This document shows positions 1-7,870 of a stretch of DNA of 29,117 bases, piece after piece; position 1 is the first letter of the stretch; every line of letters starts with the position of its first letter. The notes beneath the pieces are model-generated. The model was not told the origin of the DNA, did not search any database, and was given only the letters and a program-made list of their open reading frames with translations. The translations under genes and the position numbers were made by a program. Origin of the DNA: Myxococcota bacterium (lineage in GTDB: Bacteria > Myxococcota_A > UBA796 > GCA-2862545); contig JBCCQY010000114.1 in the NCBI GenBank assembly GCA_039208735.1, positions 1-29,117 on the forward strand, given 5' to 3'.

Positions 1-298
1 CCGCGATGGCGCGTCGTTCCAGGACAAGGCCGTGATAGTACGCTTGGTCGTAGGGCTCGGTGAGGCGTGACAGGACCTCCTCCACCTTGGTCCGACTTAC
101 CTCCACGCCATCGTTGAGGAATTGGTCGGTGAGCGCGAGCAGCAACGTGATTGTCGCGGGTTGATGATCGGGTTGGATCTCAAGAATGTCGAGGCAGATG
201 CTTTCGGCAAGCCGGGGCACATTCAGCAATCGATACTGTTCTGCCTTCTCGAGGGCGCGGTCCACCGATTCAGGATGCAGCGTCTTGAGTTCGATCAT
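1..298 (-). CDS. Conserved hypothetical helical (TPR-like) protein, truncated by window edge
   Basis: Not in the ORF track. My minus-strand translation from ATG 298 is MIELKTLHPESVDRALEKAEQYRLLNVPRLAESICLDILEIQPDHQPATITLLLALTDQF..., open to base 1, with AGGAGG SD just upstream. Confidence 0.8.
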   Translation of the reverse strand, partial: MIELKTLHPESVDRALEKAEQYRLLNVPRLAESICLDILEIQPDHQPATITLLLALTDQFLNDGVEVSRTKVEEVLSRLTEPYDQAYYHGLVLERRAIA

Positions 299-496
299 CG
301 AGCCTCCTTCGAGCCTCCACGATACCGCATTGGCTTCCCGCCCCCGAGCGACCCCTGCGGCACGCGATGCCGATCGTCGGATGGTGCGGGGCGCGCGGAT
401 CGAAAATGTTGAACTGCACTCCGGCCAGATGGCTCTTGGATGGGCTACCGTGAGACTCGTCAAATTCGCAAAGCCGGTACGAGCAGAGGGGTCGAG

Positions 497-1303
497 ATGC
501 TTTGGATGTCGCTGATGGGCTGTTTCCTCATCCAGATCAATCCGGTGGCCCCGGAGCCGGAACCGTCCGGACCAATGCCCACGGCGACCGTGCCAACCGG
601 TTCGACGGGCAGCCCCACCTTGCCGCCAACGGGCGATACCGGTGACACGACGACGCTGACCGGCGACACGGGGGATCCTCCAGTGAGCCAATTCGACCTC
701 TTGTTCGTGATCGACAACTCGTGTTCGATGGGCGACGACCAGGAGGACCTTGCCTCGGTCGGGCCTGGCTTTCTGCAGCAGTTGGCGAGCGTCGACTTTC
801 ACATCGGTGTGGTGACGACCGACCTTGCGAATGCGCAACAGGCCGGGCGGCTTGTCGATTCGTCAGGGGTCCGCGTGCTCGACGCGACGACGCCTTATCC
901 AGATCAGGTCTTCACGGGCTTGATTCGGCAGGGAGTGGCTGGATCGGGTACCGAATCGGGGATTGGGGCGGCGTACCTGACCGAATTCGTCAACCAGGGC
1001 CTGCCTGAGAATGCAGGGTTTCGTCGCAAGGGGGCAGAACTGCATCTCATTTTCGTGAGTGACGAAGACGACCAGACCCCCACGTCGGTCGTATCGCTCA
1101 GCGAAGCGGTTCAAGCGTTCGGCGGCCTTACGCCGGATGTCCACGTACACGCGCTCGTCGGCATTGCCCCGACCACGACGGTCGAGGAGGGGCAACGCTA
1201 CCTCGACCTCAACGCCCAGCTTGGGGGGGCTACCGCCGACATCAGCGACGGGTCGTTCGACCTGTTTTTGGATGCTGTCGTACAGGAGATCCTCACCCCG
1301 TAG
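497..1303 (+). CDS. vWA domain lipoprotein with Pro/Thr/Gly/Asp-rich linker
   Basis: MIDAS motif DLLFVIDNSCSM, plus IGVVTTD and IFVSDEDDQ motifs; N-terminal MLWMSLMGC lipobox-like; GAGGGG upstream of ATG 497 (ORF track starts at 440). Confidence 0.85.
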   Translation: MLWMSLMGCFLIQINPVAPEPEPSGPMPTATVPTGSTGSPTLPPTGDTGDTTTLTGDTGDPPVSQFDLLFVIDNSCSMGDDQEDLASVGPGFLQQLASVDFHIGVVTTDLANAQQAGRLVDSSGVRVLDATTPYPDQVFTGLIRQGVAGSGTESGIGAAYLTEFVNQGLPENAGFRRKGAELHLIFVSDEDDQTPTSVVSLSEAVQAFGGLTPDVHVHALVGIAPTTTVEEGQRYLDLNAQLGGATADISDGSFDLFLDAVVQEILTP

Positions 1304-1346
1304 ACGGGACGGTTATCGGGGCTTCGCGCCGTGGGGAGTTCGGGTC

Positions 1347-2960
1347 ATGAGACGTTGCGTCGCTTCGGTTTTCATTGCGTTTACGCTAGGCTTTACGGCA
1401 TGCGGTGGTGAGGCTACGGTCGCCTCAGACGATTTCGCACATCCTTCCGACTGCGCGGCGTGCCACCCTACCCAGCACCGCGAGTGGCAGGGCTCGGTCA
1501 TGCACTATGCGGCGGTGAGCCCGGTGTTCAACGCCTTCGAAATCGCCATGGTGGAATTGTCAGAGGGCCAGGTTGCGGCCAACGGTCCCCGGGCGAATTT
1601 CTGCAACGAATGCCATTCGCCCACCGGGGTCTACAATGATGAAATTCCCGGCTTCGATCCTGAAGCGGGGGCACGACCGATGGTGGAACAGCTGTCGGAG
1701 GTCGGCCGTCAGGGCGTGAGTTGCGATGTGTGCCACACCGTGACGGGCCCCGACATCGAAGAGAGCTTGCTCCAAGACGGCATCGCGAATGTCTCGTTCC
1801 TCTTTGAACCCGGTGCGGTGCGGGTGGGACCGTTCGCCGACGCGCAGAGCAGCTACCATGAAACGTCGTCGTCGACGTACCTAAGCTCGGCAGAGTTCTG
1901 TGGCAGCTGCCACGACGTGAGGCTCCCCAAGGCCGATGTGATCACCGGCGAGCCGTTCCAGCGACTTGAGAACCTGTTTACCGAGTGGCAAGAGGGTCCC
2001 TACGCAACGAGTGACAACCCTTACGGCAAGCCGATTCGCTGCCAAGATTGCCACATGTCGCTCTACCCGCTCGAAGCACCGGGCACCTTTCCGCAAATGC
2101 CTATTGCCGACGACCCGCAGCAACCCAATCTCAAGGCTCGATCCCACGCGCTGCATGCCTTCACCGCGGTGTCGTTTCCCTTCATCGACGACCCCGAGTT
2201 TCCGAACGTCGACTCGGCCGAGGTGGATGCATTTGGCTACCCGCTTGGGCAACGGCAGCGCCGTGAGCAGATGCTCCGGGCCGCGGTCACCCTGACCCTC
2301 GAAGGCACGGCCACGACGGCTGACGCAAACTGGAAGACGCTTCCCATTGACGTCACCGTCACGAATACGGGAGCGGGGCATCGGGTGCCGGCAGGCTTTT
2401 CGCAAGAGCGTCAGGTCTGGATTGAGCTTGTGGTCCGCGATGACGCGGGCATTGTCTATCAGTCGGGCCACCTGGCCGACATCGCCCATCCTGAGACGGG
2501 CGAAGGCGAGCCGGATGGCCGCCTGGACGATGAAGATCTGCAAGATCACCACGTGCACATCGACCCTCAGACGCTGGCGTCGACCTACGAGCCTGGTCCC
2601 GACGTCGATCAGCGGCCGGCGCGCAACCTGGGGCTCGTGAACTTCCAGAACAAGTTCGTCCGGATTCGCGAGGACGGCAGCTGGGAAACCGTAATCAACC
2701 CGCTCCTGGCGGATCACATGGACAATGGTCATTCCCTCGACATGCTCGTGCCAACGTCGTTCCGCTACGACGTACCCCGGCCTGACCGGGCCATTGTGGG
2801 CGATGTCCAGGTGACCGCGCGGCTTCGGTATCGAGCGTTTCCACCTCACTTCTTGCGGGCTTTAGCCCAACGTCAGCCGGACCTGGTGACCGAGGCGATT
2901 GTCGATCGGAACACGATTGTTGATATGGCCGAGTCTGACTGCGTCATTACGTTCCGCTAA
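1347..2960 (+). CDS. Multiheme (5 CxxCH) c-type cytochrome lipoprotein, c554-like N-terminal region
   Basis: CAACH, CNECH, CDVCH, CGSCH, CQDCH; lipobox FTAC; NTGAGHRVPAG motif typical of this multiheme family. Confidence 0.9.
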   Translation: MRRCVASVFIAFTLGFTACGGEATVASDDFAHPSDCAACHPTQHREWQGSVMHYAAVSPVFNAFEIAMVELSEGQVAANGPRANFCNECHSPTGVYNDEIPGFDPEAGARPMVEQLSEVGRQGVSCDVCHTVTGPDIEESLLQDGIANVSFLFEPGAVRVGPFADAQSSYHETSSSTYLSSAEFCGSCHDVRLPKADVITGEPFQRLENLFTEWQEGPYATSDNPYGKPIRCQDCHMSLYPLEAPGTFPQMPIADDPQQPNLKARSHALHAFTAVSFPFIDDPEFPNVDSAEVDAFGYPLGQRQRREQMLRAAVTLTLEGTATTADANWKTLPIDVTVTNTGAGHRVPAGFSQERQVWIELVVRDDAGIVYQSGHLADIAHPETGEGEPDGRLDDEDLQDHHVHIDPQTLASTYEPGPDVDQRPARNLGLVNFQNKFVRIREDGSWETVINPLLADHMDNGHSLDMLVPTSFRYDVPRPDRAIVGDVQVTARLRYRAFPPHFLRALAQRQPDLVTEAIVDRNTIVDMAESDCVITFR

Positions 2961-2981
2961 CCCTAGCGCCGCGGAGGTCTG

Positions 2982-3251
2982 ATGCGTTGGCTTTGGTTGC
3001 TGGTGATGGGATGTTCAAGGTTTGAACTGGTCGATGCGTGTGATCCGAACAACCCCACCGAAGGAACCTGTTCACCGTGCGGCGCCGACTCGCAGTGTGT
3101 GTTCGTCGGCAACCCATGCCGGGACCAAGCCATTTGCTCGAGCTTGGACGATGAGGTGGTCGTGTTGTTGGCGGGGTGCCTCGGTGATGACCTGCCCGAC
3201 GACGTCACGTGTCAGTGCATCGACGACGTTTGCACCGTCGGTGAACGCTAA
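2982..3251 (+). CDS. Small Cys-rich lipoprotein
   Basis: GGAGG SD, MRWLWLLVMGC start, about 10 further Cys in 89 aa, acidic. Confidence 0.7.
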   Translation: MRWLWLLVMGCSRFELVDACDPNNPTEGTCSPCGADSQCVFVGNPCRDQAICSSLDDEVVVLLAGCLGDDLPDDVTCQCIDDVCTVGER

Positions 3252-3254
3252 GCC

Positions 3255-4424
3255 CTATGGCAAGGCGAGTTCGAAGAGTTCAACCGTGCCGTACGGCCGC
3301 TGCATCACGAACAGGCTCGTGCCGGTGCTTTCAAGGCCATCGACGTTGCCACGGCCAAGCTCGGGGGGCATCAGGATGGTGTTGCTCGCCTGACCCGTCG
3401 TCAGACTGATTTGCACGATCTGCGCGCGACCGTTCGAAGTCGTGAGGCCCCACAGGTTGCCTTGATGGAAGGTCAGGTCGCGGTACTGGATCCCGGTCTC
3501 GACATTGGTGAGCAAAACGTCGGGCTCGGAGACATGGTCGATGACGTAGAGGCGCTGCGTGCTATCAAGGGTGCTGCGGCCGTTCAGGATGAGGTTTGTG
3601 CCGTTGTGGGCGGCACAGGCGATATCGAGCGGAGCATCGAGGCCCGGGGCGATCTCATCCGTCACCACCTCGTCCGCAATCACAGGCACGGGGTTGAGTT
3701 GGGCGATGGAGCGGAAGTCCCGCGCCCAGATCACATTGCCCTCTGCGGCGTAGGGCTCGTCGTAGACGGCATCCAGCGCGATGCCGACGTCCACCGTGCC
3801 GTTGCTTGGGGACACCGGGTAGACCAGGGCGTCGTTGTTGAACACCAGCAGGTTTGTGCCGTCGAAGAGCAAACGGCCGCGCGTCGCGAAGTAGTTGCCA
3901 TACATGCCGTCGGGCAGCACGACGCTCAACCTGTTGACGAAGCTCGCCTGACCACACTGAGCGTTGGCTGGCACGGCATCCGCGGGTCGGAAGGTGGCCT
4001 GTCCATTTGCGGTTTGGATGACCAGCTCATCGAGCGAGAAGGCCAGAACCGTAAGGAAGCTCCCATCGTTACCGTAGTAGCTGCCGGAGCTGAACTCGAC
4101 TTGCACCGCACGGTCACCGAGTCCTGCGTAGACGCCTTGTGCGCAGTCTGGTGCGCCATTCAGCAGGTTCGTGCCGTACAGGGTGAGGGCGCCACCACCG
4201 CCGTTTGGGGGGGCGATGGTGAGGTATGCAAGGTCATCGATCCCCGTCTCGAACGGGTCGATTCCCGACACGAGTTCCCAGCTGCCGGAGAACGTCGGCT
4301 CCGGAGCTTCGCCCGTGTCTTCCGCCGTTTCGGTGGGGTCTGGAAACACCGGCGGTACCGTAGGCTCACGGCTGCAGCCGAAAAGCATGATTCCGCCTAA
4401 TAAGGTCACGAAGAACGCTCGCAT
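3255..4424 (-). CDS. Lipoprotein with probable C-terminal beta-propeller
   Basis: MRAFFVTLLGGIMLFGC signal; repeated beta-strand motifs (LLFDGTNLLV, AHNGTNLIL, LTFHQGNLWG). Start reassigned from 4709 to 4424. Confidence 0.75.
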   Translation of the reverse strand: MRAFFVTLLGGIMLFGCSREPTVPPVFPDPTETAEDTGEAPEPTFSGSWELVSGIDPFETGIDDLAYLTIAPPNGGGGALTLYGTNLLNGAPDCAQGVYAGLGDRAVQVEFSSGSYYGNDGSFLTVLAFSLDELVIQTANGQATFRPADAVPANAQCGQASFVNRLSVVLPDGMYGNYFATRGRLLFDGTNLLVFNNDALVYPVSPSNGTVDVGIALDAVYDEPYAAEGNVIWARDFRSIAQLNPVPVIADEVVTDEIAPGLDAPLDIACAAHNGTNLILNGRSTLDSTQRLYVIDHVSEPDVLLTNVETGIQYRDLTFHQGNLWGLTTSNGRAQIVQISLTTGQASNTILMPPELGRGNVDGLESTGTSLFVMQRPYGTVELFELALP

Positions 4425-4534
4425 CGTCACACCCCGGGATGATCGCCGCTCTTGTATTCGATTGGCCCTCACAGGTCCGCTGGGGAACGGAAGAAGCCAC
4501 GCGTCTGGCATCATGCGGGCACCTCGGAGGGTTG

Positions 4535-5329
4535 ATGTCCCGCTCGGCTGAGATCGCCATCGCCATCCTCCTGACCGTGGCTTGGGAAGCCGTGGCGATC
4601 GCAGGAGGGTCCCTCGTTGAGCCGTTGGGCCCCTCGAATGGCCTCGCGGCGGTGGGAGCGGTCGTGGCGGGCCTTGCGGTGGGGGGAGCGCTTTGGGGGG
4701 CCCAGGCACACGCGGCGGGGTGGCTCCTCGCGATTTGGGGTGTACCGGGGCTGCTCATGGCCCTGGCGTTTGTCGAGTACACGACCGACCCGGGCCCTGA
4801 AGTCCGACAGACCTTGGCGTTCACCGCGGTCGATGAGGTGGCGGAGATCGGCCGCTACGCCATTGCCTACCTGTGGATGGGAGGCTTGCGGCGCCACGGT
4901 GGGTCGCGACTCCAGACGATGTTGCCGGTTGTGGCGTTGTGGGGACAGGCCGTCACGCTCGGGTTGTTCGTGGTGGTGCCGGGCGTGGTCGTGTATGTGG
5001 GGCTGGGGATGCTACCCGTGATTGCGACGCTGGCCCCAGGCCGTTGGTTCCGCTTTTCGATGGCCGGCATTGGAACGGTCTCCTGGTGGTGGCTCGTTCT
5101 CGCATTGCCCACGCTTCCGGCCACGATGGAATTCGTGGTCTGGGCCGGATTCAGTCAAGACCTGGAGTCCGTGACCCGAGCGTCCTTTACCCATCCGTTT
5201 GCCCTGCCCTCATTCGTGCGTTGGGTTGGCGCAGGAGTGTCCGGCATCGTGGCCGGGGTCATCTATGCCCAAGCGGCGAGTGAAATCGATTCCAAATCTA
5301 TTCTGAAGAACCAGATTTTGGATGGATGA
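4535..5329 (+). CDS. Hypothetical multi-pass membrane protein
   Basis: GGAGG SD before ATG 4535; several hydrophobic segments. Confidence 0.65.
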   Translation: MSRSAEIAIAILLTVAWEAVAIAGGSLVEPLGPSNGLAAVGAVVAGLAVGGALWGAQAHAAGWLLAIWGVPGLLMALAFVEYTTDPGPEVRQTLAFTAVDEVAEIGRYAIAYLWMGGLRRHGGSRLQTMLPVVALWGQAVTLGLFVVVPGVVVYVGLGMLPVIATLAPGRWFRFSMAGIGTVSWWWLVLALPTLPATMEFVVWAGFSQDLESVTRASFTHPFALPSFVRWVGAGVSGIVAGVIYAQAASEIDSKSILKNQILDG

Positions 5330-6725
5330 GCAAGGTTCAATAGCTCTCCTGGTGAAGGTGAACTATTCTATTCTGGTGCCACGTTCCTTAGATTGGACCC
5401 AACTCGAAGGGGCGCTACTGCAGCGCTTGGGGCGGGGTGCGGAAGCTGCGCCCGATCTTCAGCGGTGGCTCTCGATCAGCCAGCCCTCCCTGTCGCGGTT
5501 GGTGCGACGGCTGTCGGGTCGGGTGTTGCCGTTCGGAAAGGCGCGCAACCGCCGGTATGCGCTTCGACGGACCGCGCGCTTTGGCCAGGGGCCCATTCCG
5601 GTCTTTGAGATCGGCCCCGATGCCCAGGCACGGCAGGTCTTGGTCATCGAGCCAGTCGAACCCGAGGGCTACGTCGTCGATGGGGCGGGGCTCACCCCAC
5701 AACCGTTTGATGATTTGCCCTGGTTTCTCCAGGACCTCCGTCCCGTCGGGTTCTTGGGGCGGTTGGTACCCCGTTCTCTGCCCCCCGGTTGGTTACCCGA
5801 TGACGCCCGGTTGTGGTCGGCCGATCAAGTCTTGGATTATGCTCTGCGCTTCGGGTGGAACCTTCCGGGGGCCTTCGTCGTGGGCGAAGAAGCTGTTCAA
5901 CTCCTCGATGAATTGGGTCGAGAACCGCCCCACACCGTCGACGCGCCAAACCGAGCCGACCGCTATGCAGAGTGGGCTGCCGACGTCATTGGGCTGGGCG
6001 ATGCTGGGTCTTCGGCGGCTGGAGAGCAGCCGAAGCTCCTCGCCCATCGACGGGAGGGGTCTGCGGTCACCCCGGTGTTGGTCAAGTTCTCGCCACCGCG
6101 AGATGGCCGTGCGAACCAGCGTATCGCCGACCTGTTGGTGGCGGAGCACCTCGCGCTCGAGACCCTACGAGAGGGAGGGCATGCGGCGTCGCGCAGCACG
6201 GTCATCGTTGGACGTGAACGGGTGTTTCTCGAGGTGGAGCGATTTGATCGGACTCCGGAAGGGGGGCGGAGGTCCACCGTGACGCTCCAGCCGGTCGATG
6301 CCGAGTTCGTCGGCTCGAATCTTTCGCGTTGGACGGCCTGCACCTCGCGGCTTGTCAGCATGGGGCTTCTCGATGCGACGAGCCACCGGGAGGTGGGCTT
6401 GCGAGAGCAGTTTGGCGTCTGGGTCGGCAACACCGATCAGCATTTTGGGAACCTCACGCTGTTTCTCGACGGCCTCGATCTTGCGGGGGTGGCGCCGGCC
6501 TACGATGTCAATCCCGCGGCCTACATGCCCATTCGCGGCGAAGTTCGTGAGGGGCATCCATCGGTGCGGAATGCACGGCCCTCACTGGCCGAGGTCGCCG
6601 GCGAAGCCCTGGGCCTTGCCCGAGCCTTTTGGGAGCGCGTGCGGACCGATGGGCGAATCTCGACGGCGTTTCAGGTGGTTGCCGAGCACTGGTTGAGCGA
6701 GCTGGGCCAGCTCAAGGAGGCATGA
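5322..6725 (+). CDS. yjjJ: HipA-family Ser/Thr kinase toxin, YjjJ type (N-terminal HTH + HipA kinase)
   Basis: ISQPSLSR HTH and GKARNRRYAL; LPWFLQDLRPVGFLGR; P-loop SSAAGEQPK; catalytic NTDQHFGN; APAYD. True start may be GTG 5376. Confidence 0.88.
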   Translation: MDEQGSIALLVKVNYSILVPRSLDWTQLEGALLQRLGRGAEAAPDLQRWLSISQPSLSRLVRRLSGRVLPFGKARNRRYALRRTARFGQGPIPVFEIGPDAQARQVLVIEPVEPEGYVVDGAGLTPQPFDDLPWFLQDLRPVGFLGRLVPRSLPPGWLPDDARLWSADQVLDYALRFGWNLPGAFVVGEEAVQLLDELGREPPHTVDAPNRADRYAEWAADVIGLGDAGSSAAGEQPKLLAHRREGSAVTPVLVKFSPPRDGRANQRIADLLVAEHLALETLREGGHAASRSTVIVGRERVFLEVERFDRTPEGGRRSTVTLQPVDAEFVGSNLSRWTACTSRLVSMGLLDATSHREVGLREQFGVWVGNTDQHFGNLTLFLDGLDLAGVAPAYDVNPAAYMPIRGEVREGHPSVRNARPSLAEVAGEALGLARAFWERVRTDGRISTAFQVVAEHWLSELGQLKEA

Positions 6726-7870
6726 TGGGCGATTCGCGATTCAGGGTGACAGGCCAGCTCGTGCGAAACGCCACGCCCGTCAGCGCCTGGATGGAAGTGC
6801 AGGACGATGATGTCTTTCTCCACGACTTCCTTGCCTCGGGTCGGTCGCGGCCCGACGGCACGTTTTCGTTCGAGCTGTTGCGCCGGTCCTTCAACCAACA
6901 GGTCTGGGAAAACGAGGCGGTTCCTGACTTGGTGATCTTCGTCTGGGAAGGCGCACCGGCCGATGAGCAGCCGGCCATGGAGGATGCGCCGACCCATGCG
7001 ATTCGCTTGACCGACGTGGCCTTCGACCATCCCGAGGTCACCTTGGGGCCCATCGAACTCGACCACGCGGATCGGTTCGGCACGGGCTGGCTGGTCAGGC
7101 AATGGAACACCTCGCGCCGCCCCGGCGGAGCCTGGACCCTCGACGAGGTTCGCCGCCTGTCGAATGAGGTGCGGACCTGGGTGATGCGGGAGTGCCGAAG
7201 TGTGCCCCCCTCCAGGGTCACCGTCGAGCTGGAGGTCTTGGAAGACGCCGCGGGGTGCTACCGGCCCGAGGACGAAGCGATCGTGCTCGATACGGACTTT
7301 ATCGCTCAGCTCGGTCCCGATGCGGTGCGTCGCCTCTTGGCCCACGAATGGGCCCATGCGACCGCCCACCATGCCCTCTTCGATGTCGAATCGGCGGTGG
7401 ACGTTCGGCCAACCGCAGCGTTGTGGCACTGGGTGCAGGAGATTCAGCCGCTGGTGCCGCTGTCCGACACCGAACTCGTGGCCTGCGTCATCAAGCAGGC
7501 CGCGACTGCGAACCACGAAGGCTACGCCCACTTTGTCGAGGAGCGAGTGGTGCGGCGCCATCTGCCGTTGTCGGGCTATCCGGTCCAGGGCATGTGGGCG
7601 CGGGCGCACAACGAAGCGGCTGACCAATGCACGGACGAGACCCTCTTTCGGCAGTGGCTCGCTCAACACGATGCCTTCGCTCTGCGGCATTTGGGTGTGG
7701 CGTGGTACCGCCACCGCTATCGAGGGCGTGGCGGGCGGGTCAAGTTCCACCAAGCCGCAGGCGCCGACTTGCTCGAAGCGTGCATGGATCGGTTCGCCCG
7801 ATTGGTGCGAGGTGATGGATTCGCCAAACGAGCGTCTCGAGTAGAGCCCTGGCCCGATCAGGGGTCCTGA
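6722..7870 (+). CDS. Putative zinc metallopeptidase (HExxH zincin) with N-terminal beta-sandwich-like domain
   Basis: AAGGAGG SD, ATGA overlap with yjjJ stop; LLAHEWAH motif plus downstream NHEGYAHFVE (third-ligand Glu as in gluzincins). Confidence 0.7.
   Translation: MMGDSRFRVTGQLVRNATPVSAWMEVQDDDVFLHDFLASGRSRPDGTFSFELLRRSFNQQVWENEAVPDLVIFVWEGAPADEQPAMEDAPTHAIRLTDVAFDHPEVTLGPIELDHADRFGTGWLVRQWNTSRRPGGAWTLDEVRRLSNEVRTWVMRECRSVPPSRVTVELEVLEDAAGCYRPEDEAIVLDTDFIAQLGPDAVRRLLAHEWAHATAHHALFDVESAVDVRPTAALWHWVQEIQPLVPLSDTELVACVIKQAATANHEGYAHFVEERVVRRHLPLSGYPVQGMWARAHNEAADQCTDETLFRQWLAQHDAFALRHLGVAWYRHRYRGRGGRVKFHQAAGADLLEACMDRFARLVRGDGFAKRASRVEPWPDQGS

Noticed and set aside
575..680. Repeated ACxGGxGAx units
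   Set aside because: Encode the low-complexity TGD linker of the vWA lipoprotein; not a DNA repeat element.
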